NCBI GenBank assembly: GCA_012295275.1
Contig: CM022671.1
Coordinates: 14,198,001-14,262,000 of the forward strand
Reading direction: 5' to 3'
DNA length: 64,000 nucleotides
DNA from: Chrysomallon squamiferum
Taxonomy: Eukaryota; Animalia; Mollusca
Shown in pieces: positions 40,371 to 54,527 of the stretch (position 1 is the first letter of the stretch; each line of letters opens with the position of its first letter). The notes beneath the pieces are model-generated. The model was not told the DNA's origin. It ran no database searches and saw nothing but the letters and a program-made list of their open reading frames with translations. A program made the translations under genes and the position numbers.

Positions 40371-42494
40371 GTTGTTTAAAAATTTAACATTAAGCTGCAT
40401 GCCTATTCCATCTACAAACTCTACAAAGAACTACATCAAGTACACATCATTTTATTCAATATCTTGTTTATCAGTGGTCCGAAAGAGTACACTTTATTTT
40501 TCAAAATAATACACTAAAATAAACATTTAAATAAATATAATTTATAGGAACGGTAAAAAAAAGACAACAGTAAATAAATAAATAAATAAACAAACAAACA
40601 ATAAAAGACAAAATGATTGTCAATTAATATATACATATTTCAGATTCACAAACGAAATATGAATGAATGCAATTTAAGGACAATATGTTTTTTAATGCTT
40701 AAGGACTGTACTGAAGTATAGAGAGGAAACGACAAAAGACAAACCACAGGCTCCTCTTTTTTCATTAGCAGCAAAGGATCTTTCGTATATACGATTCCAT
40801 AGTTAGAAAAATGTACAAGCATGGTGTTTAATTAACTATTAGCCGAAACATTTATATGAATAAATAAATAATAATTTAAGGGGTTATATATATATATAAA
40901 TTTTTAGTATTAAAAATTAAAATTACGTTTTAATATTAAAATACTATGAATCAAAATTTAACGGATTTTTGGTAACTTCACTTTGATTAATCGAAAAATA
41001 TTTTTAAAGAAAATATATAGACTTTTATTGTTATTTAAAGTAATTTTATAACAACAAACAACAAAATATAAAAAAGAAAAAAGAAAACAATAAAAAAAAA
41101 ACAACAACATTAAGTTCTCTCTCTCTGTATATATTAATTAACTCATTTCATCTTGCCCGTTGTAGCTGTAACAATAATGTAACCCCTGGATCCTTCATAC
41201 AACTACCGCTACTATTACCAATAATAATACTGCTGCTACGACTACTACTACCAGTACCTCTGCCACTACTACTACTACAATATTACTGCTGCAGCTACGT
41301 CTAATAGAACTAAATGTTACTGTTGTTTTATTGATATTGTGTTTTTCTGGGGGTTTTTGTTGTTTTTTTAAATTATATTAAATAACAACAAAGGAGTTGA
41401 GCTAATCCTAGGTTCTAGAATTCTCAGACAAATCTTGATTCTCATTACTTTTTCTCTGGCTCGGATTGCCTTGTTGACATGTATAAATTTGTATCACATC
41501 TGTTAATGTATTAACCCAGTCGGCCTCCGGTTTTAATTGTCTCTTAAAATCATTAACAGAATCGCTACCGGTCCTTTGCTTCTATTCGTTCACAAAAGAA
41601 ACTTTATTCGTTCCGCCCCTCTAGCTATTAATCTCGGCAAATATTACAATTATATTTATAGTATTTAACGGTAAAGTTCGCGTAATTACATGATACCACT
41701 TGAAATGATTTATTTTAATAAGAAGCTAATAGACTGAGGAGACAAACTCTTTTGTATTGAAGGCGTAAATTGTCGCAGATCGTCACACGGGTTTGCTTCA
41801 AAGTCTCGGACTCGCGAAGCTGTTCGAGATTTGGCATATGTCGAGTTTTAGCCTCGGTTAACACTGGACGCGATACCTCTAATATTGCCGCCTTTGGCAA
41901 ATATCAGCAATATTTTGTCCCAAATCTTACAACAGAGCACTACTTTTAGCAGATGAAGTTCATGCGATATCATTTAATTTGTGAGAACAAAATACAGCCA
42001 AGACGCGAATTTCGCCGTCAAGATTTTAGCCCGAAACTGATGGAACCGGAAAATGGCGACAAATCGCTTAAAACAACATCCATCATGGAAAGTTTTATCA
42101 ACTTAGTCGGGAAGTTTATTACAAATTATTTTCAAACGAACGAACAGAAATTCGCATTTGCAGAGAACAACTTAGGACTGAATGTGTTTCAGATCCCAGT
42201 GGATTCACAACTAGCTCGTGTGAAAGCCCGTCGTTAACCATGTAGGTGCCAAGAAAAACATTATACTCGAACAATATCGATTTATCATCAACGGATGCAC
42301 CTAAAAGTTGTTATTGCCCCATCTGACTCGAGAGTTTGCTCGATTTAGTTAATTAACCTCCTCTTACGTGAACAAACTCGATGAAAAAAAATAAGCAGCA
42401 CTTGATGGTTTCGCTGAAGCAAAAGCGACAGAAAGAAAGAAAAACTAAATGACAAAAATCTATCTATCTCCCACTCCTTTTCATATTATTATTA

Positions 42495-42561
<67 letters not shown>

Positions 42562-42862
42562 AAGTTAAACAATATATTTACTTTAAAAATATTTTTCGAT
42601 TGATCAAAGTGAAGTTGATAGCGAAAATCCATTCAATTTCAAATGTTTTAAAATGTTAGTACTTTCAGATTATTTTAATTTTTGATAATAAAAGTTTTAA
42701 TAAAACCTTTTCAGTTCACTGAAGCTGCTCGGCCAAGCTGTGAAATGTGTATTTCAGAGTTTAAGGAAACATGTCACCAACTTTATGTCTAACATGTCAC
42801 GCAGTTTATTATACATACCTTGATACTAAGCCATAAATATAATTTTAATAAATAAACGTTTT

Positions 42863-42906
<44 letters not shown>

Positions 42907-44495
42907 TTGTTTTAAGTGTCGAATGAAAGTATACATATAAAATTAAAATGGTACAGTAAAATAAACTGTCATCTACTTAAATATCCTTATTATGCACTTT
43001 AAAATCATAAAAATTATATTCACAATACATACAATATTAAAAAGACAACAACAACAAAATATATATATTTTTAATTAATTTATTTATATATATATAAATT
43101 AATTAAAAATATCTAACAAAGAGAAGTAAATTATATTCATACAGTATAAAATATTTCTTGTCATTATAAAATATATGTATAATTTAAAATATGCCAAAAA
43201 CGTAATTATTAGAAAAAAAATTTAATTAATCGTAGAGCGTATTTTAAAATGAGATAAAAAAAATAAAAAATAAAAAATGAACTAAATAAAAAATATAATT
43301 GAATGAAATATAAAAAGCCTGTTTTGTTACGATGATATCAAGAAAGCACATTACATACAGATTTATTTTCTTTATTTCTTTAAAAACAAAATTTAAAATG
43401 AATTTCGTTTTCAAATTTTAATTAATTAATTATTTTTATTTGTGATAACTTTCAGTTTGTATTAGTTCATTTGTGTATAAACAAAAATAAATAAATAGGA
43501 TATTTATTCAAGTTACACTGCTATTTTGTGTTTCTACATCTAAAATTGACTAGAAATATTTAAAACATTTAAATTTTAATTAGATGATAATACAATATAT
43601 ATATAATTATTATTAATATTGTTGATATTGTTGTTGCGTCGTTTTGTTGTAATTTTATTATTATTGTTTTATTAATAATAATAATAAAATTATTATTATT
43701 ATCATTATTATTATTATTAAATTTATTCGTACTTTTTAATCATCTATACTAGGATAATCGAAAGGAATTCTCTCAAAATTTTTATTTTAATAAACTCTTT
43801 ACGTTTTTGAAATTTATCACCTACAACTTTACACGCTATGCCTCACTTTGACTAGTTTTGTGTTTATAACGTAACACTCACGGATAAAACAAATACGTGA
43901 ACTGATGGGAAGTCGCCACGTGAGTGAAAAACAATGAAAAACATGGACGTTCCAGCTGTGACGTGTTTGTAGAATCAACTACGAAACAAAGACGTAAGAC
44001 TGACCAAGTCTTACCATTTTACGACGATCGCTCGGCGGGGCTCCGAAGTTTGCCGAAATGGAAGAAAACGAAACAAGTCGGCTTTCAGCGGGAACAAACG
44101 ACGATGTTAATAAGCCGATTGGTGAAGATAATTATACAAATTTGTGTGAGTTTTCTCACGCGTTTTGCGAGTGTTTATCAAAACACTTCATTTACAAAGC
44201 AGACAGACTGTCTGGTCGAGTCAAAACATCGAAATAGCATTTTCCTTACAGCAGGCGTCTTTCTTCGTGTTGTTAATAAGGATGAGATATTTATTTATTT
44301 ATTTATTTATATATTTATTTATTTACTTACTTACTTGCTTGCTTGCTTGCTTATTTTTTCTATCGGGCATTGAATTGTATGTTATGATAAAATAAATAAA
44401 GAAATAAAGAAAGAAATAAGCCAACAAACCCTCACGATAAATAAATAAAATAAAATAATAAATAATAAATAATAAATAATAAATAATAAATAATA

Positions 44496-44528
<33 letters not shown>

Positions 44529-45654
44529 TAAATAATAAATAATAATATAATAATAATAATAAAAACACTGAAAAAGAAAATAATTATAAACAAATAAATG
44601 TCATTACATGTAAATTAATTCCTTTTAACAAAGTCCAAAAAATCGCGTGAAAGAACGCTAAGTATTATTTATAAAAATAGCTCGAAGACAGATAATAATT
44701 ATGTCTTCTCTGACTAGTAGGAATAACCCACGAAAAATCGACAACCGCCAGATTCTCTAATCCGTAAGGAGTAACCCATTTTTATAGGTCTTAATTAATA
44801 ATAACCTAACTCATGATTTCTTTGCTCAGTAGGAGGACTGTAATAAATATGATGTTTTCTCCAAGCGGCAGCAGACATTACAGAATGTAAGACTTTTTAT
44901 ACAAACAAACAAACAAGCGAAAAAGGTGAAATAGAAAGAGTGTTTTTGTAAGTATTCTCTTGTAAATGCAGTAAATTTATTGTTCAGAGACTGCTGAAAG
45001 TCAATAATTTACACAAATGAAAAAAACAAACAAACAAAAAAAAAAAAAAAAAGTCCGTTGAGCTTTTGTGAGGAAAATAAGATGAAAATAATACGATTAT
45101 ATACATTTTCTTAAAACTTGATTTATCAGTGGCAAAAGAAAAGTAAATAACAATAAATGTAGCAAAAATTAAACCAAAAAAAAATTAGTACATACAAATG
45201 TTATACTTTTTTAGACTGATTAAAAAAAGATTATTAACAAAACAACGTGTTTATATTTACATATATATTGTTCATATGATTTTATTTTTAAATTTTTTTT
45301 ATTTAGTTAATTTTTATACTGCACAGTATTCAGATTATTTTAAATTTCATCCTTTTTTTTTTTTTTTTTTTCTTTTTAACATTTCAGTTTGGAGTTGTAT
45401 TCACGGTAAAAATTGCTGTGGATATTATTTTTCTATTGCTTCCTCTTTTTTTTTTGTCAGATAGGTTTTATGTGTTTGCATGGATTGTATTCGACTGATC
45501 AATATGAGATCCGTGTTACACTCAGCCTAGTGACGATAACATATTTACATTCACACATGAAACATGTATTTGTCTGTGCATATCATTTTCATTAAAACTG
45601 TATTTATTTTTAAATAATAAAACACACGCAGTGAAACATATATATTGTTATGCA

Positions 45655-46745
45655 TCACTGATAGATTAGTGAAACAGAACAAATACACGTCACTGACAGA
45701 TTAGTGAAACAGAACAAATACACGTCACTGATACTGATAGATTAGTGAAATAGAACAAATACACGTCACTGGTAGATTAGTGAAACAGAACAAATACACG
45801 TCACTGATAGATTAGTGAAACAGAACAAATACACGTCACTGATAGATTAGTGAAACAGAACAAATACACGTCACTGATAGATTAGTGAAATAGAACAAAT
45901 ACATGTCACTGATAGATTAGTGAAACAGAACAAATACACGTCAATGTTAGATTAGTGGAATAGAACAAATATACGTCACTGATAGATTAGTGGAATAGAA
46001 CAAATACACGTCACTGACAGATTAGTGAAACAGAACAAATACACGTCACTGACAGATTAGTGAAACAGAACAAATACACGTCACTGGTAGATTAGTGAAA
46101 TAGAACAAATACACGTCACTGACAGATTAGTGGAATAGAACAAATACACGTCACTGATAGATTAGTGAAATAGAACAAATACACATCACTGATAGATTAG
46201 TGAAATAGAACAAATACACGTCACTGACAGATTAGTGAAATAAAACAAATACACGTCACTGATAGATTAGTGAAACAGAACAAATACACGTCACTGATAG
46301 ATTAGTGAAATAGAACAAATACACGTCACTGACAGATTAGTGAAACAGAACAAATACACGTCACTGACAGATTAGTGAAACAGAACAAATACACGTCACT
46401 GATAGATTAGTGAAACAGAACAAATACACGTCACTGACAGATTAGTGAAATAGAACAAATACACGTCACTGACAGATTAGTGAAATAGAACAAATACACG
46501 TCACTGACAGATTAGTGAAATAGAACAAATACACGTCACTGGGTGATTAGTGAAATAGAACAAATACACGTCACTGGGTGATTAGTGAAATAGAACAAAA
46601 TCATATCGCTGATATATTTGTGAAATAGAGAACAAATACTGGTCACTGATAGATTAGTGAAATAGAACAAATACAAGGCACTGATAGATTAGTGAAATAG
46701 AACAAATACACGTCACTGACAGATTAGTGAAACAGAACAAATATA
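45655..46745. repeat. 35-bp minisatellite, about 31 copies
   Basis: Unit TCACTGAYAGATTAGTGAAAYAGAACAAATACACG, head-to-tail with no spacers. Confidence 0.97.
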
Positions 46746-47768
46746 CCTTAACAAATAATAATAATAATAATAATAATAACTGTTAAAATTTGTCTTTGCA
46801 GTTTAGGTGAACTACGACTGATTAATAAAATTAAACTAATTTTTCAAAACTATCATTGCTGAATAAAATGAATTTCATTATAAAAGGGATAAAAAAAAAA
46901 AAGGAAAAATAAAAAATAAAAATCACGTGAAGAGAACGCACTGTGTAAATTCCGTCTGGATCCGCGATTATTGTGTTATGAACAAATCAAATTCCCAGAA
47001 AACTTCAAATTATTTTGTCTTGCTCTTCTTCAGCTTGGACCGTCCTCAAAGTGCATCAATTTTAAGTAGACAGAAGTATTGTTTTCATCCTATAAAACGT
47101 ACAATTAACTTTTTATATGAAATTTTACATAGCATTTTTATACCTTTTGTTGTGCAGAATATGTCTGACAAATTTACATTTGTTCTCACGACCAACAAAT
47201 TTGAACCTCGGAAAGAAACAAACGCATTAATACTTTTTTTTTTTTTCGCTGAGAAATGAAGAAAGGAAGGACCTAAAATAAAATTAAAATTAAAAAGAAG
47301 GAAAAGATATTTATCATTTTAAATAGGACTGAAAAGAAACGGCGGATGACGACCATTAAGACCACCACGACGATGGAGGTCACCATAACAACTACAGCAT
47401 CAGCTTCAGTGAAAGGTATAGTGTAATAAATGTAATAATCATATTAGCAGTATAGTCATTTTTAACAATGGTAATAGTAATAATTATTGAAAACGTAGAC
47501 GTAATAATAACTGAATCACTATAAATGATTGATCTGCGTCACTTTATTGACAGCAGCAGCAACATGCACGACGTTGTTATATGTTGACTGTGATTAAAAT
47601 CGTAATGCACGCGTTCTTTTCATCACAGTTTCAAGTTTTTACTTTTTTCTTTTTTGTCTTTAAAAATTTGTTTATTGATTGATTGATTTAATTCATTAAT
47701 TGTTTTTAATTTTTTGTTTATCTATTATTATAAAATTATTATAATTACTTATTTAACTATTAGTATGC

Positions 47769-47852
<84 letters not shown>

Positions 47853-50617
47853 AATAAGCTATCTGCATTTCTTTGCGAAACGACGAACTAAAATAATGTT
47901 ATATTTTAAAAATTATTTTTGTTGTTCTATTTATTGTTTTATTGTTGAAGAAATGGCTTGAGGCTTTGAAATCTTCTGTCTTGTAAATATAAACAGATCT
48001 TGTCCAAACAATTTTAATTAACACACACTATTTAATTATTATCATTAAAATATATTAATACATCAACTTAAGATTATTTTACTATTACTATTGTTATTTT
48101 GTTATTAATTTATTATAATTAAAATTAGTATAGCAGTTGTTGTTATAGTAGCTACACCAAAATATTATTTTAAATATCAATTTTAATAATAATAACAATA
48201 ACAACAACAACAACAATAATAATATATAACAATATATTCAAACATGTCTAACAATATATATATATATATATATACAGTTTAGTCGAAACAACACCAACAA
48301 CCATATTAAATTAACTTTAATATATATATATATATATATACATATTGTTAGAGATTTTTGAATATGGCTGATGTGTTATAAATACTTAATTCTCTGTAAA
48401 AAAAATAAAAAACAGCGACAAGAATTAGTCGTATTAAGAAGAAAACATGAACTGACACAGACAGTTCAACTAGAAGTCAAAAATGATGTCTTTTTTTTTT
48501 TTTCGTCACTCAGACACTGTGTTCACAAGAACATCGGCGATGATAACGTTTCCTAAACAAACCAGTCATTCCTCACACCTCCGTTTTACAACTGCTCGGG
48601 ATAAAAACATCCGCGGTTAAGTTAATTAAGTGAGCTGATGTCTCGTTGTTAAAACAGCAAGCACCGAGTAAAGAAAGGTGTACAAACGTGCTTGTTCTAA
48701 ACCACTGTAAGTTGTGTCTGATCACCTAACACCTCACCACAGCATCTCCGTCTCGTTACAGTAGCATGCTAACTTAATTTGTAGAATACGTAAATATAGG
48801 AGAGGGGGCAATATTTGTGATAATAGTAATAATAATAATAGTATAATTATCGTATTAGTAGTAATAGTAGTATACTAGTAGTAGCAGTAACTAGTAGAAC
48901 TGCGGAAGTAATATTAGCAATGATTTTGATTTTGATAACCATTATGAATAAATAAATAAATAAATAAATAAATATGTAAACAAATATGTAAACAAATAAA
49001 ATTTATTTTACAAAATCAATGATTAATGCATTTAATTATTTAAAATAAATAAAATATGTTCAGTTTAATGCCAAAGAAAATTTATTTTATTTAATTTTAT
49101 TTCAGTTTCTTTAAAAAAAAAATTTCATTATTATATATTTATTTATTATTTTGTGCCCGGCACAACACAAAATTTATCATCTAATAGTCTAAATATATTT
49201 CCGTTTCAAGCTAATTAAATTATTTTCAAATATTCACAATTTACCCAGAGATATGACAATAAAAATAATCATAAAATTGTAAGAAACGTAGATTCCATAT
49301 TAGAAAAAAAAGATATGTTTTTCAAAAGTTTTGTTTTTTTATATGAGATATGCACGCACAAACACACACTCACATTTGTTTATATAGTAATCAACATATA
49401 TATCTACATAAATATCTATATATATATTTTGTATAGAGAGTATTTAAAAAAAATGTTTTTACGAATCTGTGAATATTATTTTCAAAATCGATAGCCTGGA
49501 AGGGACTGACATGGAAATATAAAAACAGGTACACAAGTGTGTGTAAGAGGTAATCGCAAAACACTTGTCTTGCTTTTTGTGCAGATTTATTTATGACATG
49601 TGTCAGAACTGTTATCTGAAAAAAGATGATGGTCAGAGAGTTACATAGTTAAGTTCGGAACGTGAGCGCCCAATTAGAGATCCGGGTTCTTTACGAATGA
49701 GCTCTGGCCCCGGGGCTCATATTATTTTACACTGAGTCTTGTCCTATTCTTTGAAAACCATTCTGATAATGTTTATATTTCTCCCACTGAGTTCAAGTAT
49801 GCCTGTGCATGTCAAAACCAGATCAGAAGCAAATCAAAATGATGAGTTAAAATATTAAACAGGCCCAAGCGTTAGTAATGTCTGAAAGTATATTTCACAG
49901 TATACGTAACTGATTTATTTATTTATTTATTTTGTTTAATTTGATTTAATTTAATTAAATTTATTTATTGATTTATTTATTTGCTTAAATTTAATTTTGT
50001 TTTATAACTGATTTATTGATTTTCTTATTTATTTAATTACTTATTTACCTATTTATTTCTTTGTTTATTTATTTGTTTATTTATTTATTAAATATTTGTT
50101 TGTTTGTTTATTTTATTTTATTTTATCTTATTTATTTACTTATTTATTTTAAAAACAGATATTGAGATACTTTTCATTTTATCATTATTAATTCTTATTC
50201 AATCGTGTACATTTTAATAATAACTCGCTTTAATTTTTTAGTTTTAATCTATAATAAGCTGAAGCGACTAACAAATGTCGCAGTTTTGTTGATGTCTGTA
50301 CAACAGTTTATTTCACGTTATAATGTGATGTACTTATTGATTATCATATAAATTATATATTTATTTTTAATTAGATCATTTTTCACTTATTTATTTTAAT
50401 TTATAAATTTCAATTTAAATTATTGAGTAATTAATTTATATTAAAAAATTTGATATTAATTCTCACTTTGAAAGGCGTCTACATTTTTCTAGATAAATAA
50501 TTAATTAAAGAACCAAAAAAAATGAACAAAACAAAAACAATTTCTACTGATTCAGATGCATTTAGATATTTACAAAATATAAATAATAAAAATAATAATC
50601 GCACAAGAATAATAACC

Positions 50618-50673
<56 letters not shown>

Positions 50674-50970
50674 ATAAAGAGAGAGAGAGGTACATTTGAC
50701 TTTTTAGCTTCAATGATGTTCATAAAACTATCAAAATATAATTAGTATAAAACTCGTTTATTTTAATGAAATCAGTGAAACGATTTGTCAGTATTCTGAT
50801 TTGTTTTATCTGAATAATAACTTCAGACTTATTTTTTTTAAAGTGACTACGTGACTGGATAGCTAATCAAAAATATTAACAATACCTCTTTATTAAATAA
50901 ATTAACTTCTCCCTATTAAATATGTTTAATTATTTAAATATTAATTATAGAAATATTTTTTTATTCTTTC

Positions 50971-51019
<49 letters not shown>

Positions 51020-51410
51020 GTTATTACTGTTATTACTATAGCTATTTTTATTAAGATGATTTATATTATTTCATTAACATTTACATGGTGAAAATGGAAA
51101 AGAACATTATTAATTATTTATTTAGATAACCACACAACATTTTAAATTTGATAAAACTGTCAAAAGAAGCAAAAATACTACAATACTACTATTGTTACTA
51201 CTGATACTACTACTACTAGTAGTACTAATAATAAAACTAGTACTACTACTACTATAATAATAATAATAGTAATAATAGTAATAGTAATGATAATGATGAT
51301 GATGATGATGATGGCAGAGAGAGCGAGAAACAGTCGAAGAAAGATATAAACAAGGACATGAACAAGAGTTAGACATTTTTAAATTTGATAGTTATATCTA
51401 AATAAATATA

Positions 51411-51453
<43 letters not shown>

Positions 51454-51465
51454 ACAGAAATAGAC

Positions 51466-51499
<34 letters not shown>

Positions 51500-51980
51500 A
51501 TTTATTCCTTTTTTTTTTTTTTTTTTTTTTTAACGAACACATTTATATGATCTGTCATTTTATGGATTATATTGTCATGTTCTAAAAAATAAATATACAG
51601 ATTAAATAAAGAAATAAATCAACAATAAAAAAATAATAATAATAAATAAGACAAGAAATAAATTAGACTAAAAAGAAATAAACAAATAGGTAAACAGAAC
51701 AACTGAATGACTGAGTGAACGCTTGAATAAACGAATAAATTAAAGAAGAATGGAAAGAAGAACAAAACGAATGAAACATTTAGGAAACAAAGAGCATTGT
51801 ATTTTAAATTTTCCGATCCAACAAAATTCAGTTAAACTCTGATGTGCTTATCTAACGATTTTTTACTTTCACCATAACTTTAGAAATACTTCCAGTCAAA
51901 CCTAACCAAAATTCACAAAACTTTCCATCTGTACAAATTAAACAGTAAATGACTTTACTTATTACCAAAATTTGTTTTCT

Positions 51981-52016
<36 letters not shown>

Positions 52017-53789
52017 TATAACATAACTGAATATCTTATAGTAGAAAAAAAAAAAAAAAAAAAAAAGTAAACAGAATGTTGTTTCACGGCGAAGCACAAA
52101 GAGAGAGAAACTTAAAACATTTGTTACGAATTTATTTTCAGTGTTTCCCGCGAGTCAATTGTTATTAAAATTTTGCGCAGCAATGACACCAGAATAAATT
52201 CTTTACTTCAACAATAACAGTTTCTGGCAAAACAAGAATGAATTTTACCAGCTTTAAAATTTCGCCGATTTCAGCCTCCGAGTGGGAACACTGACAGCAA
52301 GAACTACAAACATCGCGTTTTCCTTTGATGACTAATAGAAGGAAACCGGAGACTTTGACACATTTTAATAGCAGAATTTAAATTGTCGTAACACCGTTTT
52401 AATAGACAGGAACCCCAGCATTTGATGCGCTGCTAGGCGGATTCAATAAAACTTGGTAACGTAGAAGTTCGGAGCAAACCTTCTTTTGTATGTGGGCGTA
52501 TTTGGTTTCGCTTACTTATAAATATCAGCTTACTGTAACGAAAGCCCGTATTAAACTTTTAATATATATATAATTTACTTTATACGGCCGTTTTTAAAAT
52601 AATAATAAAAACTATTGTGTTTTAGTTGTTTTGATTTCTGTTATTTTATTTTTATTTCACATTTATTTTTATTTTTTTCAGTTTTGTCTTAGTGAACGAG
52701 ATCCAGCAATATAACTGTTACTAGTACTACTACTACTAGTACCTCTAGAAATAGTAGTAATAATAATAATACTAATACTAATATTACTAGTTCTTACAGT
52801 AATACACTATACTAGAATATACTACAGATTTTTTCATTTATAAATTTTTATTTTAAATTATGTTAAAACAACAAAACAACAGCAAAAATAAATAAGTAAA
52901 TAAACAAAACATAATAAGACAAAACAAAACATAAAACATAATAAAACAAAACAAAACATAAAACATAATAAAACAAAACAAAACACAATCATCGATCAAT
53001 CAATCAATCAGTCAATAAACAAAACAACAAAAAAAAAAACTTAAAAAAAACAATGATTTACTCTTTATGTTCAGGAAATAAATTATACTCAAATCTAATT
53101 AAGTGGAGGTTTTTCATAATCAAAATTTTATCGAATAAAAAAATGATAAATTAGTTTTCAGATATCCAGAATCTGCCCCCTCTAAAAACTTCATAAACTC
53201 TAATGTATCTAATTATTAAAAAAGAAAAAAAAAAATATAAAATTAAAAAAAAAAAGAAGAAGAATATTAGGTGGACCTAGAACATTTAAGTGGATTTATT
53301 TTAATATCTCTAACATCAAGATTTAACACTATCAAATAACTTCTTTTTTAAAATGTTATATGCCCTACTATAAATTAAATTTCAGCATCCTCATTAACAC
53401 TAGTATTTGACAAATCTATCATAAATACAGAAAAGAACATTATGAATTAATTTAATTTAAATAACGTCAGAAAGTAACAGAATATTTTAAATTTGATAAA
53501 ATTATGTCTGTTAAAGGAAAACAACTACTACTGCTACAACAGCTACTACTACTACTGCTGCAACAGCTAATATTACTGCTATAACAGCTACTACTACTAC
53601 TACTACTACTACTACTATTACTAATACTACCACGACTTTGGAAAATAAATAAAACTAAAATCTTCTACTCAAGAAGAGGTAAATTCCATTAAAGTTTAGA
53701 ACAATAACATCACAAACAACATAAACACAATATTGATATAAATATTTTAAAAGCATTAAAAAAAACCCTCGAATCATTCTAAACCTAAT

Positions 53790-54491
53790 GGCGCCATGGG
53801 AATGTGTTCTTATCCAAACATTCGTAGAGGATTTGTTTGGGTTCTCTAAAAGAATAAAAAAATTTCAAATCACCGGACAAAAAGGACTGTAAACATACAA
53901 TTGTGTTCGAGTAAGTTATTTTTTGTGTCGCCTTGTCTCGGAGGAGATAAGATAATCCCGTTTTCTTATTGCTAATTAACCGTCGCATCTCCACATCTGT
54001 AGCAAAGGAGTCAGCAGCAGTAATTGCCCCGGTACGAGCGAATCGGCTCTTTCCTCCAACACGTAACGTTATTAAACAATAGACTTAGTCGGGTGGATCT
54101 GTCAATTCTATCGTTACTCTTAAGTAAAGATGCGTAAATCCGTTGTTAGTGTAAGTACTGTTTTGTCAGGTCCATTCAACGACGTTTTAATGATGTTTTG
54201 TGGCCGAACATTTAATGCACTCTCTCCGGCGCCTGCGTGTCTGCTTCGCTTGATTGACGTGTAGGGCAGCCTTCTGTCCTTATAATAATATTGTGGGCGG
54301 AGCTTAGCTATCTGCGCGAACAAAAGTGCGGTATTCCTGACTTATGGTGTAAATCTCTCGCCCACCACCTCGCCACAACATTGGAGTGAAGTCTGACAGA
54401 AAACTGATACCAAGGTGAAGATCAGATACTGTGCCGTGTGCGATCTTAAAGTGAACTCTGTTGTGGATATTTTTTACAGCTATTTTTCATC
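53790..54491 (+). promoter_or_regulatory. CpG-rich promoter and 5' UTR of the T-box gene
   Basis: GC/CpG-rich island ahead of the first ATG exon; GGGCGG at 54295; GGCGCC-N5-GTCTG at 54228-54243. Confidence 0.6.
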
Positions 54492-54527
54492 ATGGACTTG
54501 CTTTGTCAGATTTCTCATAACCCATGC
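54492..54527 (+). CDS. T-box gene putative first coding exon
   Basis: atcATGG Kozak-like context; GTAAGT donor; phase 0 fits the next exon; an alternative in-frame ATG lies at 56123. Confidence 0.6.

Noticed and set aside
43067-43110. AT-only palindrome ttttaattaattt...aaattaattaaaa
   Set aside because: Expected in low-complexity AT-rich DNA.
41715-44373. ORFs 41953-42237 and 43924-44373 as hidden genes or transposase fragments
   Set aside because: No transposase, RT or other motifs recognised, and no splice chain found.
45655-46745. CRISPR-like appearance (35-bp partly palindromic repeat)
   Set aside because: Units are head-to-tail with no unique spacers, there are no cas genes, and the context is eukaryotic.
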